A stretch of DNA of 64,000 nucleotides from an uncultured delta proteobacterium. GTDB lineage: Bacteria > Desulfobacterota > Binatia > DP-6. The stretch covers positions 1,024,001 to 1,088,000 of the forward strand of contig CAWFFN010000005.1 of NCBI GenBank assembly GCA_963815115.1, given 5' to 3'. Shown in pieces: positions 13,770 to 22,996 of the stretch. Numbering within the stretch: the first letter of the stretch is position 1; every line of letters starts with the position of its first letter. The position numbers and the translations under genes are program-made. The notes under the pieces are model-generated. The model ran no database searches. It was not told the origin of the DNA and was given only the letters and a program-made list of their open reading frames with translations.

Positions 13770-15290
13770 CTACGGCCTCGGACGGCGATCGAGGCTGCGA
13801 TACTGGATGGCCTCGGCGACGTGCGCCGTGCTCACCTCGGCCTCGCCGGCCAGGTCGGCGATCGTGCGGGCCACGCGCAGGATGCGCGTGTAGGCGCGCG
13901 CGGAGAGGCCGAGCCGCTCGCTCGACAGCTCGAGGAGGCGGCGCCCGGCGGGTCCGAGGCGGCAGATCCGACGCATCTCGCGCCCGCCGAGCCGCGCGTT
14001 GACGCAGCCGCGTCGGTCGATCTGCCTTGCCCGCGCCGCGGTGACGCGCGCCCGCACCGCGGCCGACGGCTCACCGATGAGGCGATCGTCGGCCAGGGCG
14101 CCGACCGGCACCCGTGACACCTCGACGTGCAGATCGATGCGGTCGAGCAGTGGTCCCGAGACGCGCGAGCGGTAACGCTCGAGCAGCGGGGGACTGCACC
14201 GGCAGACGTCGCTCGGGTCGCCGAGCATGCCGCACGGACAGGGGTTCATCGCGGCGACCAGCTGGACGTCGGCGGGGAACATCGCGGCTCCGCTGCCGCG
14301 GGCGACCGTGAGGCGGCGCTCCTCGAGCGGCTGGCGCAGCGGCTCGAGTACGTTGCGCCGGAACTCCGGCAGCTCGTCGAGGAAGAGCACCCCGCGGTGT
14401 GCGAGGGTGAGCTCGCCGGGACGGATGGGATGGCCGCCACCGAGCAGCGCCGCGTCGGAGATCGTGCAGTGGGGCGCCCGCACCGGTCGTGCGGCGATGA
14501 GCGGCCGGCCGTCGAGGAGCCCGGCGACGCTGTGGATCGCGGTCACCTCGATCGCTTCGTCGAGGGTCAGAGGCGGAAGGATCGACGGCAGGCGGCGCGC
14601 GAGCATGGTCTTGCCCGATCCAGGCGGTCCGAGCAGGAGGACGTTGTGGCCGCCGGCCGCGGCCACCTCGAGGGCGCGCTTGGCATGCGGCTGCCCCCGG
14701 ACGTCGGCCAGATCGCCCGCGGCCGCGGGCGCTTCGGCCAGCAGCGCGGCCGCATCGACGGTCGTGCACGGCCGGGGCCGCTCGCCGCGCAGATGAGCCA
14801 CGGCGTCCGCGAGGGTCTCGACCCCGATCACCGGGACGCCGCCGGCCAGGGCGGCCTCGGCCGCGTTGGCGGCCGGCACGACGAGTCCGGACAGCCCGGC
14901 ACGCCGCGCGGCGTCCGAGACGGGGAGGGCGCCACGTACGGCATGCACGCGGCCGTCGAGCCCGAGCTCGCCGAGCACGCACCACCCGCTCAGCTCGGGC
15001 AGCGCCGGCGCCGCCGCCGCGGCCAGCATGCCGAGGGCGATCGGCAGGTCGTAGTGTGGCCCTTCCTTGCGGACGCCGGCGGGGGCAAGGTTGACCGTGA
15101 CGCGCCGCTGCGGGTGCTCGAAGCCCGAGTTGCGTAGCGCCGCGCGGATGCGGTCGGCGGCCTCGCGCACCGCACCGTCGGGAAGACCGACGGTGGTGGT
15201 GTGCGGCAGGCCCGAGGAGACGTCGACCTCGACGTCCACGACGATCGCCTCGATGCCGCGAAGTGCGCCGGAGCGGACGCGCGCCAGCAT
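13770..15290 (-). CDS. comM: YifB/ComM Mg-chelatase-like AAA+ ATPase
   Basis: VGLPDGAVREA, TVNLAPA, GPPGSGKTMLARR, LAHRGVLFLDE, AAMNPCPCG, SGPLLDRID; ORF intact. Confidence 0.93.
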   Translation of the reverse strand: MLARVRSGALRGIEAIVVDVEVDVSSGLPHTTTVGLPDGAVREAADRIRAALRNSGFEHPQRRVTVNLAPAGVRKEGPHYDLPIALGMLAAAAAPALPELSGWCVLGELGLDGRVHAVRGALPVSDAARRAGLSGLVVPAANAAEAALAGGVPVIGVETLADAVAHLRGERPRPCTTVDAAALLAEAPAAAGDLADVRGQPHAKRALEVAAAGGHNVLLLGPPGSGKTMLARRLPSILPPLTLDEAIEVTAIHSVAGLLDGRPLIAARPVRAPHCTISDAALLGGGHPIRPGELTLAHRGVLFLDELPEFRRNVLEPLRQPLEERRLTVARGSGAAMFPADVQLVAAMNPCPCGMLGDPSDVCRCSPPLLERYRSRVSGPLLDRIDLHVEVSRVPVGALADDRLIGEPSAAVRARVTAARARQIDRRGCVNARLGGREMRRICRLGPAGRRLLELSSERLGLSARAYTRILRVARTIADLAGEAEVSTAHVAEAIQYRSLDRRPRP

Positions 15291-15550
15291 GATCTCGCAC
15301 GTGCCGGTCACGACGGGCCGGCACAATCGCTGGGTTCGGAATAGCGTCGGTACCTGGTCGCTCGCGCGGACCGCCGTCGCCCTCGGCGCCCCCCGGATCG
15401 ACGATCGGACGTCGGACTCTCGGAGAATCGGTGACCAGCGATTGTGTCGGCATGCGGGATTGACAGGACGGTCGAGGTTGGCGAAATCCGGGCCCGGGCT
15501 CGGGGCCGGACCGTATGCGCGCGCACGGTCCCCAACGTTCGTCACGGGGA

Positions 15551-16849
15551 ATGAAGATGTCGGCTCATGAGCAGGGCAGGGTGGATGTGGTGGTGATCGG
15601 CGGCGGGGTGGCCGGCTTGTCGGCAGCGCTGGCCGCCGAGCGCAACGGGCTGCGTTGCCAGATACTCGAGGCACAGGATCGTCTGGGCGGAAGGCTCTGG
15701 TCGGTGCAGGCCGACTCGACGTGGATCGATCTGGGCGGGCAACTGGTCAACGGAGACATGGCGTCGGTGCTGAAGATCGCGCAGGACGCCGGGCTGCATC
15801 TGGCGCCGGTGCCCAGCAGCGGCGCGATGAAGACGGTGCTGGCGGGTGGTAGGGCCTATCGCGACCTGGACCGCCACAGCGAGAACTGGATGGAGGCGTT
15901 GCTGGCGCCCGATGTGGTGGCGCGGGTGCAAGCCGATGGCGCTTCGCCCTCGCTGGGCCAGGTGCTGGATGCGCTGGCGCTGGACCGGCAGGAAACGCAG
16001 CTGATCCACAGCACCATCGCCGAGATGTTCGGCCAGCCGGCGCATGCGCTGGACGGGCTGGGCGCGATCAAGGAGATGCAGAGCTTCCGTTCCGCACGCA
16101 GCGATGTGGAATTCCAGTTCCGCCGCGGCTTCGGTGGGGTGGTCGAGTATCTGGCCGGGCGACTGCATCACGAGCCGCGCCTCAAAACCCCCGTCCGCAG
16201 CGTCGTGCAGAACGGTGGTCGGGTCTTGGTCCAGGCCGAGGCCGGATCATGGTCGGCAGCGCATGTCGTCATCGCGGTTCCGCCGTCCACTGGAAGGCGC
16301 ATCCACCTGGCGACCGACGATGTCGATGCAGGTCTCGCCAGCGCACTGGACGACTTCATTCCCGGCGATCTGATCAAGTTCATCCTCACCTTTGATCGAC
16401 CGTTTTGGCGCTATGCCGGCCTCAGTGGCCAGGTGGAGTTTTCCGACCCGGCAGGATTGAACGTCGTGGACGCGAGCCTGGACGATGGCAGCCGGCCCAG
16501 GCTGGCGGCCTTCCTGGGCGGGCCGCTGGCCCGGCAGTGGGCCGCGCACGATGCCCGGTTCCGCAAGCAGGCGTTGCTCGACTTGCTCGAGAAGGCGTTC
16601 GGCGAACCGGTGCGCCGCGTGCATGCGTTGCATGAAGGCAACTGGGTCGATCATCCCTGGTGCGGCGGCGGCTACAACTCGCATATCCGCGTCGGCGGAA
16701 TGAGCGATGCCTGCAGCTACCTTGCCGCCTGGGGACGCCGCGTCGTGTTTGCCGGCGCCGAGATTGCCAGCCGCTATCGCGGCTACGTGGAAGGCGCCCT
16801 CATGAGCGGCGAGACGGCACTGCAGCGCACGCTGGCGTTGCGAGGATAG
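15551..16849 (+). CDS. Flavin monoamine oxidase family protein
   Basis: VVIGGGVAGL...LEAQDRLGGR, DLGGQ, WVDHPWCGGGY, FAGAE...GYVEGALMSG. Confidence 0.88.
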   Translation: MKMSAHEQGRVDVVVIGGGVAGLSAALAAERNGLRCQILEAQDRLGGRLWSVQADSTWIDLGGQLVNGDMASVLKIAQDAGLHLAPVPSSGAMKTVLAGGRAYRDLDRHSENWMEALLAPDVVARVQADGASPSLGQVLDALALDRQETQLIHSTIAEMFGQPAHALDGLGAIKEMQSFRSARSDVEFQFRRGFGGVVEYLAGRLHHEPRLKTPVRSVVQNGGRVLVQAEAGSWSAAHVVIAVPPSTGRRIHLATDDVDAGLASALDDFIPGDLIKFILTFDRPFWRYAGLSGQVEFSDPAGLNVVDASLDDGSRPRLAAFLGGPLARQWAAHDARFRKQALLDLLEKAFGEPVRRVHALHEGNWVDHPWCGGGYNSHIRVGGMSDACSYLAAWGRRVVFAGAEIASRYRGYVEGALMSGETALQRTLALRG

Positions 16850-17033
16850 CGGGACCATGCCGCGCTCAAGCGACGGCGCATCCATCGCGATCGGGCGCAT
16901 GCTCTGCCGTATCGGCGCGGCCCGAAGAGGATGCGACGGGGTGCCGTCGCCGAAATACCGCTCGCCGCTCACCAGAGTCCCTTGAGTGAACGCTACGGAA
17001 GCGTGTAGGGAACTCATTCAGGAGGGCTCAACC

Positions 17034-18185
17034 ATGCTGCATCTCTTGGCCCCAAGGTGCGTATCGGGTGCAATGGTCCTTGCTATCTCGCTCACGACCG
17101 CTCCAATCTACGCCGGCGACCCGGGCGCCGCGTGCGCGGCGGCGAAGCGCAAGGCCGCGGCCAAGAAGGCGGACGGCAAGCTCGGGTGCGTGGCGAAGGC
17201 GGCTTCGAAGGGTGCTGCGGTGGACCCGCTCTGCATCTCCAGGGCCGAGACGAAGTTCGCCTCCGCTTTCACGAAGGCCGAGGCGAAGGGCGGCTGCCTC
17301 ACGAGCAACGACGCGGGGACGATCGAGGCGTCGGTCGACGCTTGCTTCGCGACGCTGCGCGGCGTGCTCGCCGTTCCCGGAACGCCGCCGAAGTCGCTGT
17401 GTACGGCCGGCAAGCTGAAGGCGACCAGCAGGAAGCTCGTCGGGAAACTCAATTGCCACGCGAAGGCGGTCAAGAAGCTCCTGTCGGTGAGCGCCGACTG
17501 TCTCGCTGCGGCGGAGTCGAAGTACGATGCCAGCTTCGCCAAGGCGGAGTTGAAGGGCGACTGCCTCACGATGAACGACGCGGGAGCCGTCGAGACCGCC
17601 GTCGACGACTGCGTGACAGCCCTGGTCAATGCGCTCCCGGGCCCCACCCCGACCACGACGACGACTCCAAACACGACGACCACCTCGACGACGCTGGGTC
17701 CCACCTGTGACACCGAGTCGCCGGCGTTCGCGGGCATTACCGCGCAGCACAACGTCACCCGCGCCACGGCCGTGCCGGCGCCGAGCCCCGCCCTCGATCC
17801 GCTCTGCTGGAGCGACGCCGTGAGCGCGCACGCGCAGGCCTGGGCCGACACCTGCAACTTCAGCCACGATCCGGACCTCGGCGCCCTGTCCGAGGGCCAG
17901 AACATCTACGCAGCCGCGGTCAGCGTCGGCTTCCCGGCCACCGCTGCACAGGACGCGGAGCCTCTCTGGGCCGGCGAGGCCGCGGACTACGACTACGCCA
18001 CGAACGGTTGCTCTGGCGTCTGTGGGCACTACACGCAGATCGTCTGGCGTTCGACCGATTTCCTCGGCTGCGGCATCAAGAACTGCACGGTGAACACGCC
18101 TTTCGGCCCGGGGTTCCCCAACTGGACCTTGGTCGTCTGCAACTACCAGCCGCCGGGGAATTTCGTCGGCCAACGGCCCTATTGA
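17034..18185 (+). CDS. Secreted protein: two Cys/Lys/Ala helical repeats, Thr linker, C-terminal CAP (SCP/PR-1) domain
   Basis: Signal peptide; HNVTRA...AQAWA...GQNI...CGHYTQIVW...GCG...VCNYQPPGN; RBS GGAGG. Confidence 0.85.
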   Translation: MLHLLAPRCVSGAMVLAISLTTAPIYAGDPGAACAAAKRKAAAKKADGKLGCVAKAASKGAAVDPLCISRAETKFASAFTKAEAKGGCLTSNDAGTIEASVDACFATLRGVLAVPGTPPKSLCTAGKLKATSRKLVGKLNCHAKAVKKLLSVSADCLAAAESKYDASFAKAELKGDCLTMNDAGAVETAVDDCVTALVNALPGPTPTTTTTPNTTTTSTTLGPTCDTESPAFAGITAQHNVTRATAVPAPSPALDPLCWSDAVSAHAQAWADTCNFSHDPDLGALSEGQNIYAAAVSVGFPATAAQDAEPLWAGEAADYDYATNGCSGVCGHYTQIVWRSTDFLGCGIKNCTVNTPFGPGFPNWTLVVCNYQPPGNFVGQRPY

Positions 18186-18205
18186 TCCGCCGGAATCGCG
18201 CCGCG

Positions 18206-18903
18206 ATGGCCCCGCACCCGGAGACAAGGAACGTGCCCCAACGACGACTCATCCTGATCGAAGGCATGATCGGTGCCGGGAAATCGACGATGGCCGAGCG
18301 CCTCGCCGCGAGGCTGAAGGAGGGCGAGGCGACGTCTACGCGTTCAACGAGTTCGCCGACGATCACCCGATCCGGACGAGAAGCGTCGACCTACTACGCA
18401 CCGCCGCTAGGGGGCCGGCCAGCGCCAACTGCGCCGACCAGTGGAACGCACTGGCCGATCGTTGCACCCGCGACGCTCAGATCCTCATCGTCGAGAGCAC
18501 GTTCCTGCAAAACACCGTGATGCCGTACTTCATCGACGGTGCACCAATCGCCGTCGTGAAGGAAGTCTTTGTCGACATCGCCGCGCGCGTTGCCCGCGCG
18601 GCGCCATTGCTCGTGTACCTCCGTCCGAGAAACGTTGTGAACGCGGTCCGGCGCGTGCACGCCGAGCGCGGGGAGCCATGGTCGTCGCAGAACTACGCGT
18701 TCGTGTCGGCGTGTCCGTGGGCGCGCCGGCGCGGGCTCGCTGGAGAGCGAGCGGTGGTCGAGCTCTATCACGCGTGGGAGCAGGTCGTGGACGAGCTGTT
18801 GCCGACGGTCGAGTCGGTGCTCGTGACGGACCCGCAGCGCGACTGGACCGGCGCGCTGGATACGATCTGCGACGCCGTGAGAGTCGAGATGCGCGCGACG
18901 TGA
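18206..18903 (+). pseudogene. P-loop (nucleoside/nucleotide kinase-like) protein with one frameshift near 18325
   Basis: LILIEGMIGAGKST in one frame; from 18331 the frame of ORF 18517..18903 reads DVYAFNEFADDHPIRT...LIVESTFLQNTVMP without stops. Confidence 0.7.
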
Positions 18904-19096
18904 CGAGATGGCGGCCTTTCTCGAACGCCATCGGACGGCGATCGAGAAAGGCCGCACCGCGCCGGAGCTGGCAAGGGTCGAAGGACCGCGAAGCGGCACC
19001 CGGCCGTGGCGCTCGTTCAAACGCCCGCATCGGAAGTCCAGGCGGCCCTGGAGGTCGACCGGGACGCCGCCGGCCGGCGGCGACCCCGGCTCGTTG

Positions 19097-19861
19097 TCAG
19101 TGCTCTTCTTCGGTTCCTGGCGTGATCGTTGCCTCGACGCAATGCTCGCGTACAGGTTGGAGCGCACCAACGGCATCCCCGAAGAACGTCGCCACTGCGA
19201 CTGGTGGTGGGCGCAGCGCGGGCCGCTCGGGTCGGACCTTGAAACAGAGCCGCGTAGGACTGAGAGGGGCAGGGGGGAATGCCACCCCGTACGCCGGGTA
19301 GTAGAAATACGGATCACCCGGCAACGCGACAGAGGCCGGCACACACAGTGATTCCGGGCGACCGATCACAAGACGCTGCGTGCCGAACGCATCCGTCGTC
19401 TCGACCTCCTTCTCCATGATCGATCCCACTGCCCGACGAATCTGGTAGCAGACCGACACCGGACGCCGTGCACCGGGCGATGGGATCACCAGGGGCGGCT
19501 CGGTATCAACCTGTGCAGGGAACTCCATCCACCGGACACCCCGCGTAGTGACGACCAGGTCCGCGACGGCACTTTCAACCAGCACATTCTCCAGGCCATC
19601 GAGCGCATGGAACGGACCGAGCTCATACGCAACGGTCGTCACGCCGGTCCTGGACGCAACCACGCGACCGATGTGCGTGATATCGACCGGATACGGCTCG
19701 GCCTCGCCTTCCTCCGCGCTGTAGTCCGTCAGCACCATCATGGTGGTGTGGTGCGACGGCGCGGCGCTCATGCCGTAGCGGTTCTCGGCAGCCTGCGCGA
19801 TCTCGGTCGTCATGAGCAGGACGGGCATGATGAGTGCCACGGTCAAGGTCATCGGGCTCAT
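19097..19861 (-). CDS. Secreted hypothetical protein with a duplicated C[YF]...FG...C.P/CV motif
   Basis: AGGAGG RBS, signal peptide ending AQA; CYQIRR...TDAFG...LCVP and LCFKVR...TFFG...HCVE. Confidence 0.7.
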   Translation of the reverse strand: MSPMTLTVALIMPVLLMTTEIAQAAENRYGMSAAPSHHTTMMVLTDYSAEEGEAEPYPVDITHIGRVVASRTGVTTVAYELGPFHALDGLENVLVESAVADLVVTTRGVRWMEFPAQVDTEPPLVIPSPGARRPVSVCYQIRRAVGSIMEKEVETTDAFGTQRLVIGRPESLCVPASVALPGDPYFYYPAYGVAFPPAPLSPTRLCFKVRPERPALRPPPVAVATFFGDAVGALQPVREHCVEATITPGTEEEH

Positions 19862-20139
19862 CCGAACCTCCTTGTCTCGGGAAGCGCGACGAGTGCTGAC
19901 GGCGCGGCCTCTCGCGCCGCGAACGGCGCGGTATCGGGCGGCGGGACGCCGAGGGTGTCCGTCGCGGGGTCGCGGTGCGCGACCATGCCCCGCGCCGCCG
20001 CCGCGGAGCCAGACGTCGCGGCGGCACCCGGTGCGGCGTCGCATGCGCGCGCAGGGCCCGCGGCGCCGGGTCCCGCGAGGAACGCCAGCCAAGCTACGAC
20101 GAACGCCCGCTCGGCCTGTCGAGAACGCACAGCCTCCAT
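19858..20139 (-). CDS. Small hypothetical exported protein
   Basis: Purine-rich RBS, hydrophobic leader, GMVAHRDPATDTLGVPP core; ATGA overlap with the downstream gene. Confidence 0.5.
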   Translation of the reverse strand: MEAVRSRQAERAFVVAWLAFLAGPGAAGPARACDAAPGAAATSGSAAAARGMVAHRDPATDTLGVPPPDTAPFAAREAAPSALVALPETRRFG

Positions 20140-20439
20140 GACAAACCCCCCTTTCGCGCCACGGGCCGGGGCGCGGTTTTAGATTGCCAGCTTGCGCTCA
20201 CGGTCGCCGCAGTCAAGAGAGAAACTAGTCTGAGGTAATTTTAAGGTGCTCAATTCCAGTCGGCAGTGTGACCACTCCGGAGGGTACGGTCCGATGGCGG
20301 CAAATCGCCTGGGAGTAGTCGCCCTGCGCCCGTCATCCGACGCATCCGCGAACCCGCAACGCGACGCGACGGCCGTGGACGCTCGGACCCGTGCGGAATC
20401 TCCCGGGCATCACCGGAAGGCAGGTGTACGCGTGCCCGC

Positions 20440-20740
20440 ATGGCCCGGGCAGCTGGGCGCCCGCGAAGGGCGCGCTCACTCCAACGATGTGCTCCTCGTG
20501 GGCCTCAGCCTCGACCTCGAGAGACCGCTGCGCATTCCGGGCGCCGAGTTCACCGCGGAGTTCCTGCAATTCAACGGCAGGACACGAATGGCCGGGCTGG
20601 CGCCGTGGCCGGCTGTTACAGCCTGGCCGGTCCGCCGCCGCTCAACCGGACCAGCTCTACGGGCCGCGGAGGCGGCAGTAGCTCTTCGACGACACGGTCG
20701 ACGAGTAGCTCGGCGTCGGGTCCACCGGCTTCGGCCTGAT
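20440..20740 (+). pseudogene. Degraded OprB-type carbohydrate porin fragment
   Basis: Across three frames: LLVGLSLDLE..LRIPGAEF.AEFLQFNG / TNGRAGAVAGCYSLAGPPPLNRT / LY...Q*LFDD; recognised from memory of porin N-termini. Confidence 0.5.
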
Positions 20741-21548
20741 CCCGAGACGACCGACGATCTCGCAATGCCAGCCACGCCCCCCGCAGGGTCTCGGAGGCGC
20801 CGGCCAGACCGAGCGCCACGGCCTCGCGACCGCCGTCGATCCGAGCAGCACGACGGCCGCCACGAGCGGATGCGGGCCGGCGAGTCATGCGTGTCGAAGT
20901 CGCAAGCCTCGGGGATGTCGGCGCGCACCGGAAGTACGGCTGCCCTCGCGCCGCGGGACTTGTTGCGGAGCCGCCAGGCGGCCGCTGGGCCCTCACGGAG
21001 CCGCGACCGCGGCGCGGCGACAGCGGCGCTAGGGTCGCACGCGGAACGCGTGGCCCCCTGGGCTCGATATCCGGGACCCCTGGCAGCACCCGGCGCATCA
21101 CACGGGCCGCGGCAGGCGGTCCCGATTGGCCACTTGGTGGCGCGAAGCGCTGCCGTGGTCGTAGCGGCCATGCCTCAGCGTGCACGGATGCAATTCACCC
21201 CGGGCGACTCGTGCCCGGATTTCGCAGCGTTTTCAGGTCCAGACGAGGATCCCATGGTACGGGAGTTGCTTAGACCTAAGGCTTACTCCGCGTCCAGGAT
21301 TCCACCCCTCGGCGCGGCACGAAGGAGGCACATCAGATGATTGCACTGGGGACCCTCCGGGGTCTCCAACCGTCGTGGCGGCGGCCGCGCGGGCGGCGTG
21401 GGTGATCGCCACCCGCCGCGACGTTGCCGCCGCCGCGGCGCGACCTCCGCCTGTCCATCGTCGCCCCGCCGCCGCCGGGGCGGCGGCCCCATGAGAGTGC
21501 ACCTGCCCCCTGCGGGCACCAACCACACAGAAATAACAGGAGGTTAAG

Positions 21549-22115
21549 ATGAGAATCAGGTTTCTAGCGTACGTCACCACGATCCTGCTGGCCGGGACTG
21601 CGTGGGCCGGGGCCCCCGTGTGTCCAGCTGAGTGCGAGCCGAACGGATGTCCACCGGAGTGCTGCGTACCTCAGCAGGGCGGTCTGCTCGTATATGAGTG
21701 CGCCGCCTCCGGCCAGCCTCACTTCGTCATCAATGACGGTCAGACGACCATCACGCTTACTGAGGTGTCGAATGTGAACGCGTCGTTCTCGGTTGCGGGT
21801 GTGACTGTGCACACGACAATCGGCAATACGACCTTTGATCCCTTCACTATCGGTAGCAGTGAGAGCCGCGTGCGCTTCATTACCAGCAATGGGGGGCAGT
21901 GCGTTCAGGTGAAGAATCTCAGCGGCTTCCACAACCCATCCCCGATCGTCGTCCAGAACCGTGCGCTCACCGTTCAGAGCAAGGCGTTCTACTGCCAGGA
22001 TCCGGGAGGCGATATCATCTGCTTCTCGGTGAAGGGCCAGGTGGGTGCTCCCTTCCCGGACCTTGGAACCTGCAATCCAGATCGCGTCGAATATGCGTGC
22101 GGCATAGTCAGCTAG
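21549..22115 (+). CDS. Secreted Cys-rich orphan protein, lower GC than its flanks
   Basis: AGGAGG RBS, signal peptide ending AWA, CPAEC..NGCPPECC; many A/T-ending codons. Confidence 0.8.
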   Translation: MRIRFLAYVTTILLAGTAWAGAPVCPAECEPNGCPPECCVPQQGGLLVYECAASGQPHFVINDGQTTITLTEVSNVNASFSVAGVTVHTTIGNTTFDPFTIGSSESRVRFITSNGGQCVQVKNLSGFHNPSPIVVQNRALTVQSKAFYCQDPGGDIICFSVKGQVGAPFPDLGTCNPDRVEYACGIVS

Positions 22116-22511
22116 AGATAGGTAGCAGCGAGTTTCTTGTCATGTGCAAGCCGGCGGGTGATCCGGGCGTGGTGGTCGTCACGACGATCTTCCAGACGTT
22201 CGAGTGCGATCTCGTCCGAGAGACGTGTCCGCGACGTCATCATCACCGGATAGGCCCCCGGTGACGAGCATCCACGTTTCCCATTTGTTCTTGCCCCCCT
22301 ACGGCTGACGACGGTGCGCGGGCAGGTGAGGTTCGCCTTCACCTGCCCGTGCGCGGGCCCGCCGCCCCCTTCTGGGCCGAGTCGCGGCGCAGGCGATGAT
22401 CGATCGCGCTCGGCTCACCGCGCTACACGGCGCCCGATACGCGATGAGTAACGTGGTCCTGGCGCCTTCGGCGCCACCGGCGTGGGGTCCGCCCCGGCCT
22501 GGGACCTGCCA

Positions 22512-22556
22512 CAACGCGTCGCTCACGAAATCCATCGTCCACCGCTCATTGGGCCC
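22512..22556 (-). mobile_element. IS3-family transposase (rve core) remnant
   Basis: GPNERWTMDFVSDAL matches the PN.RWSMDFVSD motif at the first catalytic Asp; no continuation, no terminal repeats seen. Confidence 0.6.
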
Positions 22557-22751
22557 GCCTGGATCGCGGTCTGACGCGCGGCTCCCCTGACCGGGCCCTG
22601 CGATCGAGCGCAAGGATCCCGGCGTCTTCTGGGTCGATGCCAGCCAGGACCGCCAGGCGCGGCCGTCGTGCAGCGGCGGCCGGTGCGGGGTCTCGCGCGA
22701 CGCGAGAGTTCGCGCCGCGTCTCATCGCCGGCCAGCGTCGCGGGGGACAGC

Positions 22752-22950
22752 TTGAAGCGCACGTGGACGCGAATCGTGCCGCAACCTGTCGAGCGCAGCA
22801 CCTACGTGCTGGCGAGCAGCCTCGCGCTGATCTTCCTTTTCTGGCAGTGGCGGGCCCCTGGGCGGCATCGTGTGGGACGTCCAGGACCCCGTGGCCCGGG
22901 CGGTACTCCTCGCCGGGTTCGCCTTTGGATGGCTACTCGTGCTCGTCACC
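22752..22950 (+). pseudogene. Internal fragment of a methanethiol S-methyltransferase (MddA)-like membrane methyltransferase
   Basis: KRTWTRIVPQPVERSTYVLASSLALIFLFWQWR, then a 1-nt shift to PLGGIVWDVQDP...FGWLLVLVT; no start or C-terminus. Confidence 0.7.
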
Positions 22951-22996
22951 AGGCCACCGGGGTGCCCGGACGAACCCCGGGTTCGCCGCCCCCACG

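Noticed and set aside
13770-15290. comM as a mobile-element insertion site
   Set aside because: The reading frame is complete; no integrase or att-like duplication was seen
18908-19351. Plus-strand ORF MAAFLERHRTAIEKG...
   Set aside because: No family motif, and it overlaps the better-supported minus-strand gene; at most a short remnant
21316-21331. CGGCACGAAGGAGGCA as a sigma54 promoter
   Set aside because: GG-N10-GC spacing fits, but the -12 TT is missing and the sequence is better explained as an RBS
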